The notes beneath the pieces are model-generated. The model worked only from the letters and a program-made list of their open reading frames with translations, had not been told where the DNA came from and searched no databases. Both the position numbers and the translations under genes were made by a program. A stretch of 64,000 nt of DNA from Octopus vulgaris (taxonomy: Eukaryota), in assembly GCA_951406725.2 (NCBI GenBank), contig OX597814.1:141422001-141486000 (forward strand). Reading direction: 5' to 3'. This document shows, piece by piece, positions 13,157-27,150 of the stretch; the stretch's first letter is position 1, and each line of letters starts with the position of its first letter.

Positions 13157-16100
13157 CTTAACTTAGAATAACTTAGAAAGGTTTTTGGCCAGTATTGGCC
13201 CAGGCCATGTCTAACTTAATAGCACCACCTGGCGAAGTCTTTCAGTTCAGGATTTGGGCACCAAGGCCCATTCGAGCAGAGAGTTATTGTTTGCGGAGAC
13301 ATATCCGGGTGTGGGTGGTTTGTCCGGTACTGTTTGAAGGAATTTGTCCAAAGACTTCTTGAATTTTGTGTGGTCAGTTTCTTTTTTGACGTGTCCTGGT
13401 GTAATGTTGAAGAGAGCGGGTCCAATTGAGGTGAAATAGTTGTGCCGTATTGTCGTTATGTGATGCGATTTAGATTTTTGTTGTGGACGGATGGCACGTG
13501 GTCCAAGCCTTGGATGCATTTTGAAGGTGATGCCAACATCATTCGGACAGTACTGATGGAATATTCTCCACATCATACAGATAATGTAGCGTTCACGGCG
13601 TCGTTGGAGTGAATACAATTTCAGCTTCTCTAGTCTACCCCAGTAGTCAAGGTCTGACATGCCATCTATCTTTTTTGTGATTGACCTTTGGGGAGCTTCA
13701 ATTCTCATAATATTTTGTTTTGTGTAGGGAGACCACAGTGGACAGCAGTATTCAAGGTGGGGTCGGGCAAAAGTGGAGAAGAGAAGGATAATAGCGTGGG
13801 AATCTCTCGACTGGAAGGTTCTGAGAATCCAGGAACACATTCTGCGGGCCATGTCAACTTTGCTGCTTATATATGTAGCCCAGCTTATGTTGTTGTCCAC
13901 TGTTACTCCCAGGTCTCTGATGTTGTTGGATGCCATGAGAATTTCTCCAGAAGGAAGAGAGTATGGGAGTTTCAGAGCGTCCTCCCTTCCAAAGTGGATC
14001 AGTTCGAATTTGTCTTCATTTAGCAACATGTTATTCTTTTCCGCCCATTGGACAACAGCCAGTAGGTCTGACTGAAGGTTTATTCGGTCATCCACGCCAT
14101 TGATGACCTTCTGGAGCTTGGAATCATCAGCGAAGGTTCTGATGTTGCTGTGTTTGATGGTGTCAGTAATATCATTTACGTAGATGATGAAGAGAAGTGG
14201 GCCCAACACAGTGCCTTGTGGGACACCACTGCTGACTTTGGCTGGGCTGGATTTGACTCCTTCGACTACAACATGTTGGGTTCTGTTAGAGAGGAAGCAC
14301 TTGATCCATTGCAGCAGCTTTCCAGTGACACCAGTATTGGACAGCTTTCTCAGAAGGATCTTATGATCAACCCTGTCAAAGGCCTTGCTGAAATCAAGGT
14401 AGATGACATCAGTGTTGGAACCCTCTCCCAAGGCTCTCAAAATGTCATCAAAATGATGCAGTAGCTGCGTCAGGCAATCTCTCCCATTACGGAATCCATG
14501 CTGGTTGGGGTTCAGCATATTATGACTCTCAAGGAAGTGAGTCATACGCGATCTCAGCACCCTCTCAAATACCTTGATGATATGAGAGGTGAGTGAGATT
14601 GGACGGTAATTCACGGCAAGCAATTTGTTTCCTTTTTTGAAAACTGGGACAACAGACTGGGATAGAAGGTCTTCTGGTATATATCCAGCATCCAATGAGT
14701 TCCGCCACAGATTGGCTAGAGGGGGTGCAAGTTGGTTTTGACACATCTTCAAGACACAAGCAGGGAACCTATCGGGACCTACTGCTGAATTATGCTTCAT
14801 TTCCTTTATTGCTGCTAAGACATCAAGAGCGCCAAATGTTATGTCCGATAAAGTGTATTGGGGAGTAACATCACTGATACAGCCCAGATCAGTCATATCA
14901 GGATTGCTGAAAACAGAGCAATATTGTTTCTGCAATATTTCTCCCATGGTTTTGGCATTGTCTTGAAGAGTACCATTTTCATCAATCAGAGGGCCAACAG
15001 TAGAACCAGTGACTCTGTGTTTTTTTGCAAATGAAAAGAACACTTTGGGATTGAGTTTGATCTTCTCAATGGCCCAGGCCTCTTCAGCTCTTCGCTGACT
15101 ATTGATGATAGACATCATGTTGTTTTGGAGTTTATGTTTTTTAATCTCTAGCGACGAGATGGCAGTCAGGTTGGTGTGTTGCTGTTGACAGTATTTCAGC
15201 ATGTTGATCTTTTTGTTGATTTTTTTAATTTTCCTTATGAGAGATTTTCTATTTCTAGGGATTCGACACTTAGATTTGTTTGCAGATCTTAATGGGGTGT
15301 GTCTTGCACATATGTTCGTGATGGTGTCTACAAGTGACTGCCAGGACTTTTTGATGTTAGTGGGTGTGTATGTGTGCGTGAAGGACCAATCGACTTGTGC
15401 AAGATCATTATTGATCGCTTCCCAGTTTGCATTGTGGAAATCCATAGTGTCAAATGGATGAACAGGAGGGATGACATTTGTTTTGCATTTTGGCCAGTGA
15501 AATCTCAGATCACAGAGAACCATGTCATGGTCGGAGAGTAGGGTTTTCTCCACTGCAATATTGTGGATAGTATCAGTGTGATTGCTGAAAATTAAGTCTA
15601 AGACGTTTTTGTGACATCTCGTTGGTTCGAGTACCAGTTGGGACAAGAAGAAGTCATCCATGAAGTCAAGAAGCGATTCCACTGCCTCCGTCAGAGGTTG
15701 AGAGAGAAGAACCTGGCGGCAGACTGTTTGTAGACCAGTCAACCCCGGGAAGGTTGAAATCTCCCATCATTAAAATGTTGTCAGGTTGACACTGCTGAAT
15801 GAAACACTTTATGCTGTTGAGGCATTCCTTGAAGCATGGTAGGGGCGTTTGGGGTGGTCTGTAGAGCCCAACTACTGTTAAGTTGTTGGTTTGACTGAAT
15901 ACAGCGACTGCTTCGCAGTATCCATTCGAAAATATGTTCATGGCTTCTGTTGAGAATGAATCATGGACATAAATGGCAGTCCCACCCTTTCTTCTGCCAG
16001 CACGATCAGCACGAATGGTTTTGAAATTTTTAACTTTCACCTCGGCTTCCAAGTGGAGGTCACTAAGATGGGTTTCAGTGAGGACGAAGAAAGGGATGTG

Positions 16101-16337
16101 GTTTGGATGGGCCTCGACCCAGTCCTCCAGGAATCTTATCTTCCATTTTTGTGTATTGGTGGAAGGGCCGATGCCTTGGGCATTAAGCAGAAATGTTGAG
16201 GCGAGAGTGGATGGTTTTAATTGTTTTGGTGATTTGTTTATTTGATTGCTTTTTAATGGCATGTGTAGTGGGGTAATAGTGGTGGATGGCGGTGGGTGAT
16301 AGCTCGGATGTTTTTTCCAGTTCTTTTGCTAGATTCA
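13155..16337 (-). mobile_element. Near-complete CR1/L2-group LINE, 5'-truncated just upstream of ORF2, inside a TA/TATG microsatellite
   Basis: APE and RT coding, 3' UTR, TTCTAAGTTA tandem tail; microsatellite on both sides. Confidence 0.95.
13247..16262 (-). pseudogene. LINE ORF2 (APE endonuclease plus reverse transcriptase) with one frameshift near 15690
   Basis: ORF 15666-16262 has LNAQG, LTETHL, YRPP, GDFN; ORF 13247-15742 has LDLIF, SDH, NYRPISL, LDFSKAFD, GVPQGTVLGP, FADD. Confidence 0.93.
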
Positions 16338-16338
16338 T

Positions 16339-16370
<32 letters not shown>

Positions 16371-16528
16371 TGTATGTATGTATGTATGTATGTATGTATG
16401 TATGTATGTATGTATGTATGTATGCATGCATGCATGCATGTATGTATGTATGTATGTATGTATGTATGTATGTATGTATGTATGTACGTGTGTATGTATG
16501 TATATGTATATATATATATATATATGCA

Positions 16529-16564
<36 letters not shown>

Positions 16565-17549
16565 TGTATGTATGTATGTATGTATAAGTGCATGTGGATC
16601 GATTTCGAAAATCTTGACATCTGGGATTTGAGATCTGACCTCTCGATAACACCCACCCGCATCATTGATTAAATGGTATTATCGTTTATCCGAAACCTAA
16701 AGTATTTAGCTGCCATAATTCTATATTCAAGTAAAATCTCTCTGTCTGTCTGTCAGTCACTGTCTCTCTCTCTCTCTCTCTCTCTCTGTCGACAGTGGGT
16801 GATTTTAGGTGCACGTACTAAGCCATAACGTAGCTATGTTATAACCACTGTATTTAATAATCGAGAAATTTTTCAACCGTTTCTTTTCCTTATACTGTGT
16901 CATATACACATCTTGCATTATTGAACGAACGTGATTGATTGTATAAGTAAAAGAACTGTCATACGGAACTTGGCTTACAGCGCTTGATTTCGTTTCATTG
17001 ATTCGCAGATAGAAAAAGGTGGAGTAAGTTAATATATGCCTTTAAAATAATGATTTCTTATGTTGCACAATGGCAATTGCCAGAGAGTGAAGGGTATATA
17101 ATCGATTATACCGATTGTTATCTATCTCCTAATGTATACTTAGTCGACTCTTGAAAGTATTGGAGTGCAAACATTATTCAATTCGAAACGATGAGAAAGA
17201 GAGAGAAAAGGAGAAAAATAATATATGTAATTTATATATACATATAGACTAATACTTAAAAATATGAGCCAAGCTGATGTTTTCAGAATTATCATTTTTT
17301 TTTTTTCATTTTTCTCCAGGAATGAAAATAAAATCGGAAATTAACTGAGTTTCGAATGGCCGAAAACAAGACGAATTCCTGAAGAACCATCGATAGAATA
17401 ACAGTTGACAGATGCCCTGAGGAATCTGAATTATCTAAAATAAGCAATATTTAAAAATAAATATTTTTTCGTCTTTCATTTGCTATGTTTTGAGGAAGGG
17501 ACAAAGCTCATTTCCTTTGCAAGCTCTCTGAGACCAGTGAGTTTGATAC

Positions 17550-17900
17550 TGTCAACGGCAGAATTGTTAGCACGCCGAGCGAAATACTTAGCTGTATTTC
17601 ATCCGCTACGTTCTGAGTTCAAATTCCACCGAGGTCGACTTTGCCTTTCATCCTTTCGGGGTCGATTAAATAAGTACCAGTTACGTACTGGGGTCGATAT
17701 AATCGACTTAATCCGTTTGTCTGTCCTTGTTTGTCCTCTCTGTGCTTAACCCCTTGTGGGTAGTAAAGAAATGTGTATTTCATCCGTCCTTACGATCTGA
17801 GTTCAAAATCCGCCAAGGCCCATTCGGCCTTTCATTCTTTGGCGTCGATAAAATAAGTACCTATTGAAAACTGGGGTGTCAATGTAACCGGCTTAATTAC
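17550..17900 (+). mobile_element. SINE family B plus a second partial copy in tandem
   Basis: GAGGTCGACTTTGCCTTTCATCCTTTCGGGGTCGATTAAATAAGTACCAG core; the second copy resumes at 17774. Confidence 0.85.
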
Positions 17901-18099
17901 TCCTGGATATGAGTATTAAAACATTTATATCCATCTGCCAAAACTGTCAAGCAAATGTAGCTCATGAAACCAGTATAATCTCAAGCTCCAAATCACGGCC
18001 TCCACATCAGAGCGTGGTTGGGTGGAGAGAACATGCTGAAACCTTCGTTCTACAGTGGACTGAGCGTAGGCAATTCAATCCAATCTAATGTTCCGTATA

Positions 18100-18330
18100 A
18101 ATTGTTACAAGTAGAGTTGTGATCAATGAGGAGATTCCAGAAGGTTGAAGGTGTGGGGATTAAGAACTGTGCATAGTAATTTGTGAGTAGAATAACGGTA
18201 GGATGGATACAACAAGGGTGTTGAGTGTTGGAGAGATGATTGGGCCGAAGATGTACATGACTAAACAGTTCTGAGGAACAGAGGGCATTACAGAAGTAAT
18301 AGAAAATAGGAGAGGAGAGAGCGGGTGTGT
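18100..18330 (-). mobile_element. Degraded CR1/L2-group LINE 3' fragment
   Basis: IFYYFCNALCSSELFS..HP..NYYAQFLIP..FWNLL resembles FYRYxxGxCSSEL..SFIP..LWNSLP. Confidence 0.65.
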
Positions 18331-18624
18331 AGGCGACAGTTAGACGTGTAGTTATATCTTTTTGAACAGATATAGAAAATACGATATATGCAAATTCCAG
18401 ATAGTTCAAAGAAAGGATAACTTTAAGATTACTAGTGTTTCAGAACGTTGTTGTTGCGTATCTGCCGTGAAATTTAACAGTAAATTAGAAAATGGGGTCA
18501 TGATAAAAATGGAGTATTTTCTTCAACCTCCTGGTGTTGGTGCGTAATGTTAGGAATCGAAGACATTCAAAGAATATTAGAGATTATTAGAGAAACAGCC
18601 AATTTCTAGTATATAAAAATATAG

Positions 18625-18799
18625 GCTATTTGCCAACGTAATGTGACTGTCTTGGAAGGGACAAGTGTTACTGTTATTTAGCCTCTGGTAACATTGTTTC
18701 CAGATGGCTATACGACACAATATCTGTGTCCTTATATTTTCGTATAGCCAGCTGGAGACGATGTTTCCTGGGGCTACCCTCCTTATGTTGGCAAATAGC
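18625..18799. repeat. Fold-back (MITE-like) nested inverted repeat
   Basis: GCTATTTGCCAAC (18625) pairs with GTTGGCAAATAGC (18799); inner imperfect arms 18679-18715 and 18740-18776. Confidence 0.75.
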
Positions 18800-19079
18800 G
18801 TTTACTTTAAAGAACTGTTACTGAATATCTCTCTTTGAGAGATTTAGAAATAATAATGTTTCTATATATATATATATAAATAATCTCTTATTAATTAATT
18901 GATTAATTAATTAATTAGTAAGTTTCATTATATATTGCAATTGGTAACGGCAAGACTAACTGGAGAGCCTCAATCATCATGTGATGCAAGGACTTTGAAA
19001 AGCATTGGTTCTTCACCGGTGTTTACAACCTGTCCTTGCAGGCAGATACACATTAACATAATGTATATGTATGCTTTCA

Positions 19080-19133
<54 letters not shown>

Positions 19134-19141
19134 GCTCTGTC

Positions 19142-19172
<31 letters not shown>

Positions 19173-19270
19173 CTCTCTCTCTCGCTATCTATCTATCCAT
19201 CTAAGATAGATATCAAAATAAGCAATAAGGATATCCAGAGGTAATGCTGTACAATCGCTTCATGCAACTC

Positions 19271-19964
<694 letters not shown>

Positions 19965-20222
19965 CCCTACACAGTTTTTCTCTCTCTCTGCTTTTTCGTT
20001 CTCTCTCCATTTTTTGCCTCTCATCTCTTTCTGTTGAAAAGCGTAGGTTGAAAATATCAAAGACTTTTCCATTCAAACTAATACACCTACTTGTTGTTCA
20101 CTCATCTGTTTTCGACTTTTGTTTGCTGTAACTTTGAACTATCTATCTATCTATCCAATAATACTATATTTGTTCCACGTCCTCGCGTTGTTGTGTTTTT
20201 TTGTGCTTTCTTGTTTGGATTA

Positions 20223-20307
<85 letters not shown>

Positions 20308-20974
20308 GTACATACATATATACATACATACATACATACATACATACATACATACATACATACATACATACATACATGCATACATGCACACACATGTATT
20401 CAGACACACACACATACACGCATACATACTCATATGCACACACATGTAGGCATGGTAGGGCCGGATGATTAACTCAAGATGATATTAATAGATGATAGAT
20501 CGAGTACTCTATACAATAGCAAACTTGAGTAATTTATTGCTTTTGATCCTGGAGTTAGTAGTTGTGGAGTCATCCTAACATTGAGCAGGAAAATAAAATA
20601 ACTGACGAGACAGAAGATTTCGCTATCTAATATATTCTTGCCTATTAAAACAATACAGTGTTGATTTGAGTGAAATTCGGCTACTATTTCAGCTGTGACC
20701 ATGCAAACAGATGACAAGAAAACTTGTTTCGATAAGATGGTCGTATAGCATTTTGATGATACATCAGTCAAAACTGCGAAACAAAGACAGAAAATTTAAC
20801 AAATTCTGTCTAGCCACTGATGGAAAATAGCAAGTAAATATACTCGAGACAAGAACCGTATCAAATTGACAATTATATGATGAGACCAAGGCAACAGACA
20901 GCTTTGAGTCTCTCATCAGAAAATAAAGATAAGCCAGTCACACATGAAATTTAAGATTTATGCCAATCTCTCTT

Positions 20975-21014
<40 letters not shown>

Positions 21015-21134
21015 CTTCTATCTCACTCGCTCTCCTTTTATTCTTTCATTCTTCGTCTTGTCTTTTCTTTTATTTCTTTCTGACTGTCTTCTTTTATTTA
21101 CGAAGCAGCGAGCCTGGCAAATTCTAAGAGATTG

Positions 21135-21420
21135 ACCGAGGATGTGTTGTGTGGAGTTCGATTCAAAGCGGGCAGCAAAGGTGGGTGGTGGCTCTCTCCA
21201 TGGGAATACTACTTACAGTACTATCATTGTTATTTAGAGGAGGAAGAATAGTGAACTGTGCGAAATAGGTGAAGATGCTTTTGACAAGAAACCAGAAAAT
21301 GGGGATGCAGTTTGGGAGGTGGAAAACCATGATGCCCGAAGGCAATCATTTGCATATCGGATAATGGGCCACTGCGTGTAAGTCGCCGCCTTCTTTTAGG
21401 AAAATGGGTAGGAGTTTTCA
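21135..21420 (-). mobile_element. Degraded CR1/L2-group LINE internal fragment
   Basis: FWFLVKSI..FAQFTILPPLNNNDSTVSS..ERA then FAARFESNST in a shifted frame, like the APE-RT linker FW.L.K..FPPL..DG..KA.LFA..F..NST. Confidence 0.55.
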
Positions 21421-21504
21421 TTTACTGCATCCTATATTAGTAACGACAGGTTTTTAAAAAAATATTCAAAACACACACACAAACATGTATATGTACTCAC
21501 ACAC

Positions 21505-21898
21505 GTGAGTGGCTGTGTGGTAAGTAGCTTGCTAACCAACCACATGGTTCCGGGTTCAGTCCCACTGCGTGGCATCTTGGGCAGGTGTCTTCTGCTATAG
21601 CCCCGGGCCGACCAATGCCTTGTGAGTGGATTTGGTAGACGGAAACTGAAAGAAGCCTGTCGGATATATGTATATATATATATGTATGTGTATTTGTGTG
21701 TCTGTGTTTGTCCCCCCAGCATTGCTTGACAACCGATGCTGGTGTGTTTACGTCCCCGTCACATAGCGGTTCGGCAAAAAGAGACCGATAGAATAAGTAC
21801 TGAGCTTACAAAAGAATAAGTCCCGGGGTCGAGTTGCTCGATTAAAGGCGGTGCTCCAGCATGGCCGCAGTCAAATGACTGAAACAAGTAAAAGAATA
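21505..21898 (+). mobile_element. SINE family A, reference copy
   Basis: A-box TGGCTGTGTGG, B-box-like GGTTCAGTCCC, central (TA)n, 3' GGCGGTGCTCCAGCATGGCCGCAGTCAAATGACTGAAAC and AAAAGAAT tail. Confidence 0.9.
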
Positions 21899-22079
21899 TA
21901 TTTGTATATGATGTGCTTGTTTCACTACGCTGCAACAAACAAACTGTATATATTAAATATAAGCTATTTTAGTATCATGGTTGAGACTATAGCGAGCTAT
22001 AAGTTTCTAAATGATACCAATGATTTCTGAATTCTGTTTGCAGAATTATCCAAGTTATTCGAGACAAGATACATTTAAC

Positions 22080-22930
22080 AAAGTTTTACCATACACCTTC
22101 ATTTCATTTGCTTTGTTGTGTGACTTGGAAGGATAGACAATATATCTAAAGCTCGTTAAACAGCTGGAGCTTTTTCGGCAATATCCTCGACAAAATTTGT
22201 GCTTATCTTGGAGAGACTAGACGGCTCCGTTAGTCACGAATGACCATGGGTGCACGTAAGAGGTTCCCCTCCGGGGTACAAGTCTGGGTGGAAAGTCGCC
22301 TCACCAGCGTACGCACAACCTAGGGCTGTTTTTATGGAAGACCAGCAATCGCCCATGCATACCAGCCTCCCCTCTCCCCACCACAATGCTATCGAAGGGA
22401 AAAGCTTGGTACCAGTGACTTCGCAACTCATTTCTACAGCTGAGTGAACTGGAGCAACGAAATAAAGTGTCTTGCTCAAGAACACAATACGCAGCCGGGT
22501 CCAGGAATCGAACTCACAACCTTATGATCGTAAACTTGATGCTCTAACCACTGAGCCATGTACCTTCACAATATATGAATCAAGCTTAGACTATATGAAT
22601 CAAACCGAGATCAGAAAGCAAATGTTGCGAGCTTGGAAGTTCTCTTGTGACATAGTAGCCTGAGCCGGGTAGGATATGCGGTTCCTTTGATAGGCTAAAG
22701 AATGGCTGTGCACCTGTTGTATGGAGAACTATCTTTCTGGAGAAAAGAACTCACCCATGTAAACTGAGGTTAAGCTACAAGGGCTGTCTTAATTGTGATC
22801 TGGAGAAGAAAGTAAATTTCGAGAAGAAAATTAGAAAATCGTTTCGATTGTTAAAGCAATATGGAGAAAATATACTCAATGTGTCCATGCATTTCGAAGG
22901 CAAGATTGAAACGAGATGCAAAGAAAAGAA
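22080..22930 (+). mobile_element. Degraded RTE-type LINE 3' region split by a SINE
   Basis: LLCCVTW..VKQLELF..SWRD before the SINE; RMAVHLLYGEL..KRT..LRLSYKGCL after it, matching RTE LLYGCETW and LLYGEL..GKR..RYKD.LK. Confidence 0.55.
22235..22569 (-). mobile_element. tRNA-derived SINE (family C)
   Basis: Minus strand GTGAAGG..TGGCTCAGTGGTTAGAGC..GAGTTCGATTCC head, then GTGTTCTTGAGCAAGACACTT. Confidence 0.85.
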
Positions 22931-23699
22931 ATCTCATTCAAACTTGATGGAATTATAGATATTCCTTCAAGCGGAATATTTGAAGAGATATCAATAATTC
23001 TTTCAAGTTTTCAACTTGTAACAGAGTTTGTCTTTATATATTTCGTCTTGTTAGCCCCTCATGGCTACATGAACTAAAGCAAACTAATAACAAATCACCA
23101 TCAGCTAAAAGGATGTGTATGTTGTATATAATAAATATTGTGTTTCTATTGGTGGTCTGAAAAGGCACATGTTCGTACACAATGCTGACTGTTATGATTC
23201 TGCATAGCATTTACCAGAGAAGATACATTAATAATTGTCTTAAAAGATGCTAATCATCCGCTGGCCTACCTAATCATCTTCGCTTCACAGCTCATTAACA
23301 ATGTTCATAATCATTATCAAGTTGACTTCCTTCAGCTAGTAACAGTAGCAATAATAACAACGTCTTACTACATGAATATATGCAAAAGCATTGAGCTAAC
23401 CGAGTCGTTAGCACACCGGGCAAAATGCTTAGCGGCAATTCGTCCGTCTTTGCGTTCTGAGTTCAAATGAGGCTATGGTTGACTTTGCCTTTCATCCTTT
23501 CCGGGTCGATAAAATAAGTACCAGTTGAGCAATGGGATCGATGTAATCGACTTTCCCTATTCTCCCAAATTACTGGCCTTGTGCCAATATTTAAAATCGG
23601 TTCATGCATAAATGCGTTCTTCTTTGTTATTCTATTTCTATGGTATCGTAAATATATTTTTTATGTTTTGATCAGGAGGAAAAGCAGTAACCGTTACAC

Positions 23700-23990
23700 T
23701 TCACGGAGCCTCTGAGAAAGATGGGAAGGAAGGAAGGAGGGAGAAAGGTATCCTCGAGAGATCTGACCAGACCCGAATGCTTTCAGCAGATAGGACCCTG
23801 TTAAAAGCACTCAAGGTGCTGAGTGAGGGAGGTAAACTAGGTGACGGATTAGATAGCAGATTAAATAGTAGATTTAATCTACTATCAAAGTTGACTATGG
23901 TGTCACTTGAGCACACAGAATGCAAAAGATTAAGAAAAATACCGTAAGGAATCCGGTTTGATATTCTTACAGTTCCGCTAATCCACCATC
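23700..23990 (-). mobile_element. Old SINE-like repeat (family D), copy 4
   Basis: Family-B-like head followed by GTCACCTAGTTTACC..CAGCACCTTGAGTGC body. Confidence 0.5.
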
Positions 23991-24157
23991 CTGTACTGCT
24001 ATTGTTTTATCGACCCGAAAAGACGAACAGCTAAGTTGCCATCAATGGGATTTGAATTCAGAGCTGCGGAAACCGGAACAAACACTATTAGAGTATTATA
24101 TTCGATGCTTTGACAAATATAACAATTCGCTTGTTGTATTATATATAATTCCGGCCG

Positions 24158-24361
24158 GTGAAGGCGTGTGGCCTAACGGTTGAGTGTTGCACTAAACTGT
24201 AAATGGGTAGCCGTGTGACGGACTGGCATACCGATCATGGGCAATGGTGGTCTGCTGCTCGCCTAGCCAGTGGTTGGTACTATTCGATAGCTAAAGCAGC
24301 GCAAAGCGCATTGTGACCAGTGATGTATAACAACATCCGATAACCTGATCGATCACATGAA
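24158..24361 (+). mobile_element. tRNA-derived SINE (family E), internally deleted
   Basis: 3' end GCAAAGCGCATTGTGACCAG..GATCACATGA matches the reverse complement of 48186-48265. Confidence 0.7.
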
Positions 24362-25658
24362 CCCGAGATAATTCCGACAGAGAAATATCAGTTCATACAG
24401 AAATACGTATTTTTAGAATTAAACTTATATTTTACGTATAATTAGCCAGGCAAGAGTGGCTGTCTCTTGAAGGTTCAGGAGCGAGAACTGTGGGGTACTT
24501 GTACGTCTCTTGCTGAATGTAACGCAGCTGTGCTGGAGAGAGCTTATATTTATTGCAACATCTTCCTGCCTCCACAACAGACGCAACCCATTTTCAACCA
24601 CTTAGTTGTCACATGAACTTCCAATCACTCTCAAGTATGTAGATTACTTTTGCCATAGTCTATTTGAGATTTTTTTTATAGGCGTGGTTTTATAGTTTTA
24701 GAAGCTATGTGGGAAGATAACGATTTTCATTTTTGTTATATTTTCTTCCTTATTTTTTGTACTTTATTTCATATTTCAAACAAAAAAACAAAAATTCTTG
24801 TATTTTATTCGTTGTTTATTGAATTTTGTTTTCCTCGCCCATGATTTCATTATCACTTCATTTCGTGAGAGAGTCGCTAACACGTGACATGAAGAGGCGG
24901 CATTAAATTTTGCGTGAACAATTGATTCCAGGTGACATATTGTTAAGGTGACAGAGGCAGTCTAAATTCGATGCGAAATTTCGCTCTGATCAAATTATAA
25001 CCAATACGACTCGATGTTCACTCATCGATAGACATTTTCATAATTTTATTTCGGACATGATTCTTTTACATCTCTTAAAAAAGAAAAAAAAAATAAGTGT
25101 GAAAATTGTTGAGGAAGTAGATTCCATAGATCAGTCAGCAGAGCCACTCTATTTATGGAGACAGCCAAAGAAATAAGTGACAATACTCACGCAAGGATTC
25201 TAATAAAGGAAGACAAAACTAGAGGGAAAGATATAAATAGGGAAAGTGAAAGAAAAAGATAGAGAGATAGTAAAAGCTGTAGAAACATAGAGCGATTCAG
25301 AAACAGATGGAAAACGCAAGGACGAGCGAAAGAAGTATAGAAAGAGAAAGAAAAGGAGAAATATAGAAAGATAGAGAAAAAGAGGAATAAAGATTGGAAA
25401 AGAAATAAGGAAGAAGAGAAAGATAGAACGAGCTAGGAAAAGAAATAGAGGAAAAGAACTAGACTAGCTCAATACATAATCGATATATTTCCGTTTTCTC
25501 TTTTTTTTTCTTTTCGCATTGCTTTGTTTTTCTTTTAGTATATTTTTTAACATATTCTTGCTTCAAAAAAATATTTCCTGGAACACTTCTTAGAAAATTC
25601 GATATATCTTTAAATAGAAGCTTTACACACACACACGCACACGCACACACACACACGA

Positions 25659-25691
<33 letters not shown>

Positions 25692-25775
25692 TTGTTATTT
25701 CTTTTAATTTTAATTTTCTGACATTTTCTTGCATCTAAAGAATCATTTAATCTTCTGTATTTTTAATATCGATTA

Positions 25776-25827
<52 letters not shown>

Positions 25828-26279
25828 GCACAGTGTCAATTTTTGTAAAGAATGCTGCGTTTAAATCCACCCGCCACCCGTGAACAAGTTTTGTTTAGTA
25901 ACGTATACCATGTTTTAGCTAATTGCTTTAGATGCCTTTGTAATTATGAGCAGACACAGACACCCTCTTCCTTCACCCACTCTTTGGCCCAATGTCATTA
26001 TCCAGGATGTGACAGGCGGATGTAAGGAAGAGCTGCATCAGCTTTAGGCTGGTGTTCATTTTTAGCTGAGTAGACAGGAACAATGTGAAATGAAATGCCT
26101 CGGTTCTGAAATTGAACCTACGACATTTTGATCGTTAGTTGAAAATCTTAATGTACCTTCAAGTTAAATCTATTTCGATTACCTATGAAACCCAGTGTAT
26201 GGATGAAACCCCATGATACCACCAGCGTGATTTGGACTGAAAATATCGAAGAGGAAACTAAATACTGTTAAATATATTT

Positions 26280-26505
26280 ATTTCTTTATTGCCGACAGGG
26301 GGCTAAACATAGAGGGGACAAACAAGGACAGTCAAAGGGATTAAGTCGATTACATCGACCTCAGTGCGTAACTTATTTAATCGATCCCGAAAGGATGAAA
26401 GGCAAAGTCGACCACGAAGGAATTTGAACTCAGAACGTAACGGCAGACGAAATACTGCTAGACATTTCGCCCGGCGTGCTAGCGATTCTGCCAGCTCACC
26501 GCCCT
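26280..26505 (-). mobile_element. SINE family B
   Basis: Reverse complement of the 41006 copy. Confidence 0.88.
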
Positions 26506-27150
26506 ATTAGCATTCTATTGTGATTGCCACAATTCCGTCTGATCTTGGTTACTTGTTGGATACGTAGTTTGACAGAACTGTTGAGATTCTTAAGCAGAGG
26601 TATGTGTATCCTACGGGTACACATACGAAATTACAAGATAGAGGTACGCGGAACTTGTAAATGCGCTGGAACTTTGAAGTAAACACACTCACATTTGGCA
26701 AATAGTATTTAATTCAAAACCTCGTCAAATATTAATGTCTGGATGTCTTTACTTCACTTCCAGGTATCAAATAACTTAGCAAGTGTGGTACGCTCTACTC
26801 GTTTTCCACTGGCCTTGTTTGCATCGGCATAGGTTAGTGCTAAAGGCATATCAATCCAGAGTTATCTAATGCACATCAAATAAGCTTCAAGTTAAATTTT
26901 ATTTTGTAAGCTATTCCATTTGTGAATCGTTAGTTTGGTTATGTATTTCTAGCTAACTTTTATGTTGGTAGCTTCGCTTGGTTGATAATAATGGATTAAG
27001 ATATATTACAATCTGGTTTTAGTGTATCTGTACTACATATTTCTGTACCATATTTGTACCGTTATTTAGTTTAGCGTATCTGTGCCAATGAATGTATATA
27101 TTTGATTTATATATATATATGTATATACATATATATATATATATATATAT

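Noticed and set aside
13688-14464. Plus-strand ORFs overlapping the LINEs (also 31052-33113)
   Set aside because: Antisense shadows of the RT reading frame.
15666-15742. Programmed frameshift between the two LINE ORFs
   Set aside because: The break lies inside the APE domain, the related LINE is continuous there, and no slippery sequence is visible; a small indel or sequencing error is more likely.
20875-20920. Hammerhead at CTGATGAG (minus strand); similarly CTGAAGA near 63630
   Set aside because: A hairpin follows, but the GAAA core and cleavage triplet are missing.
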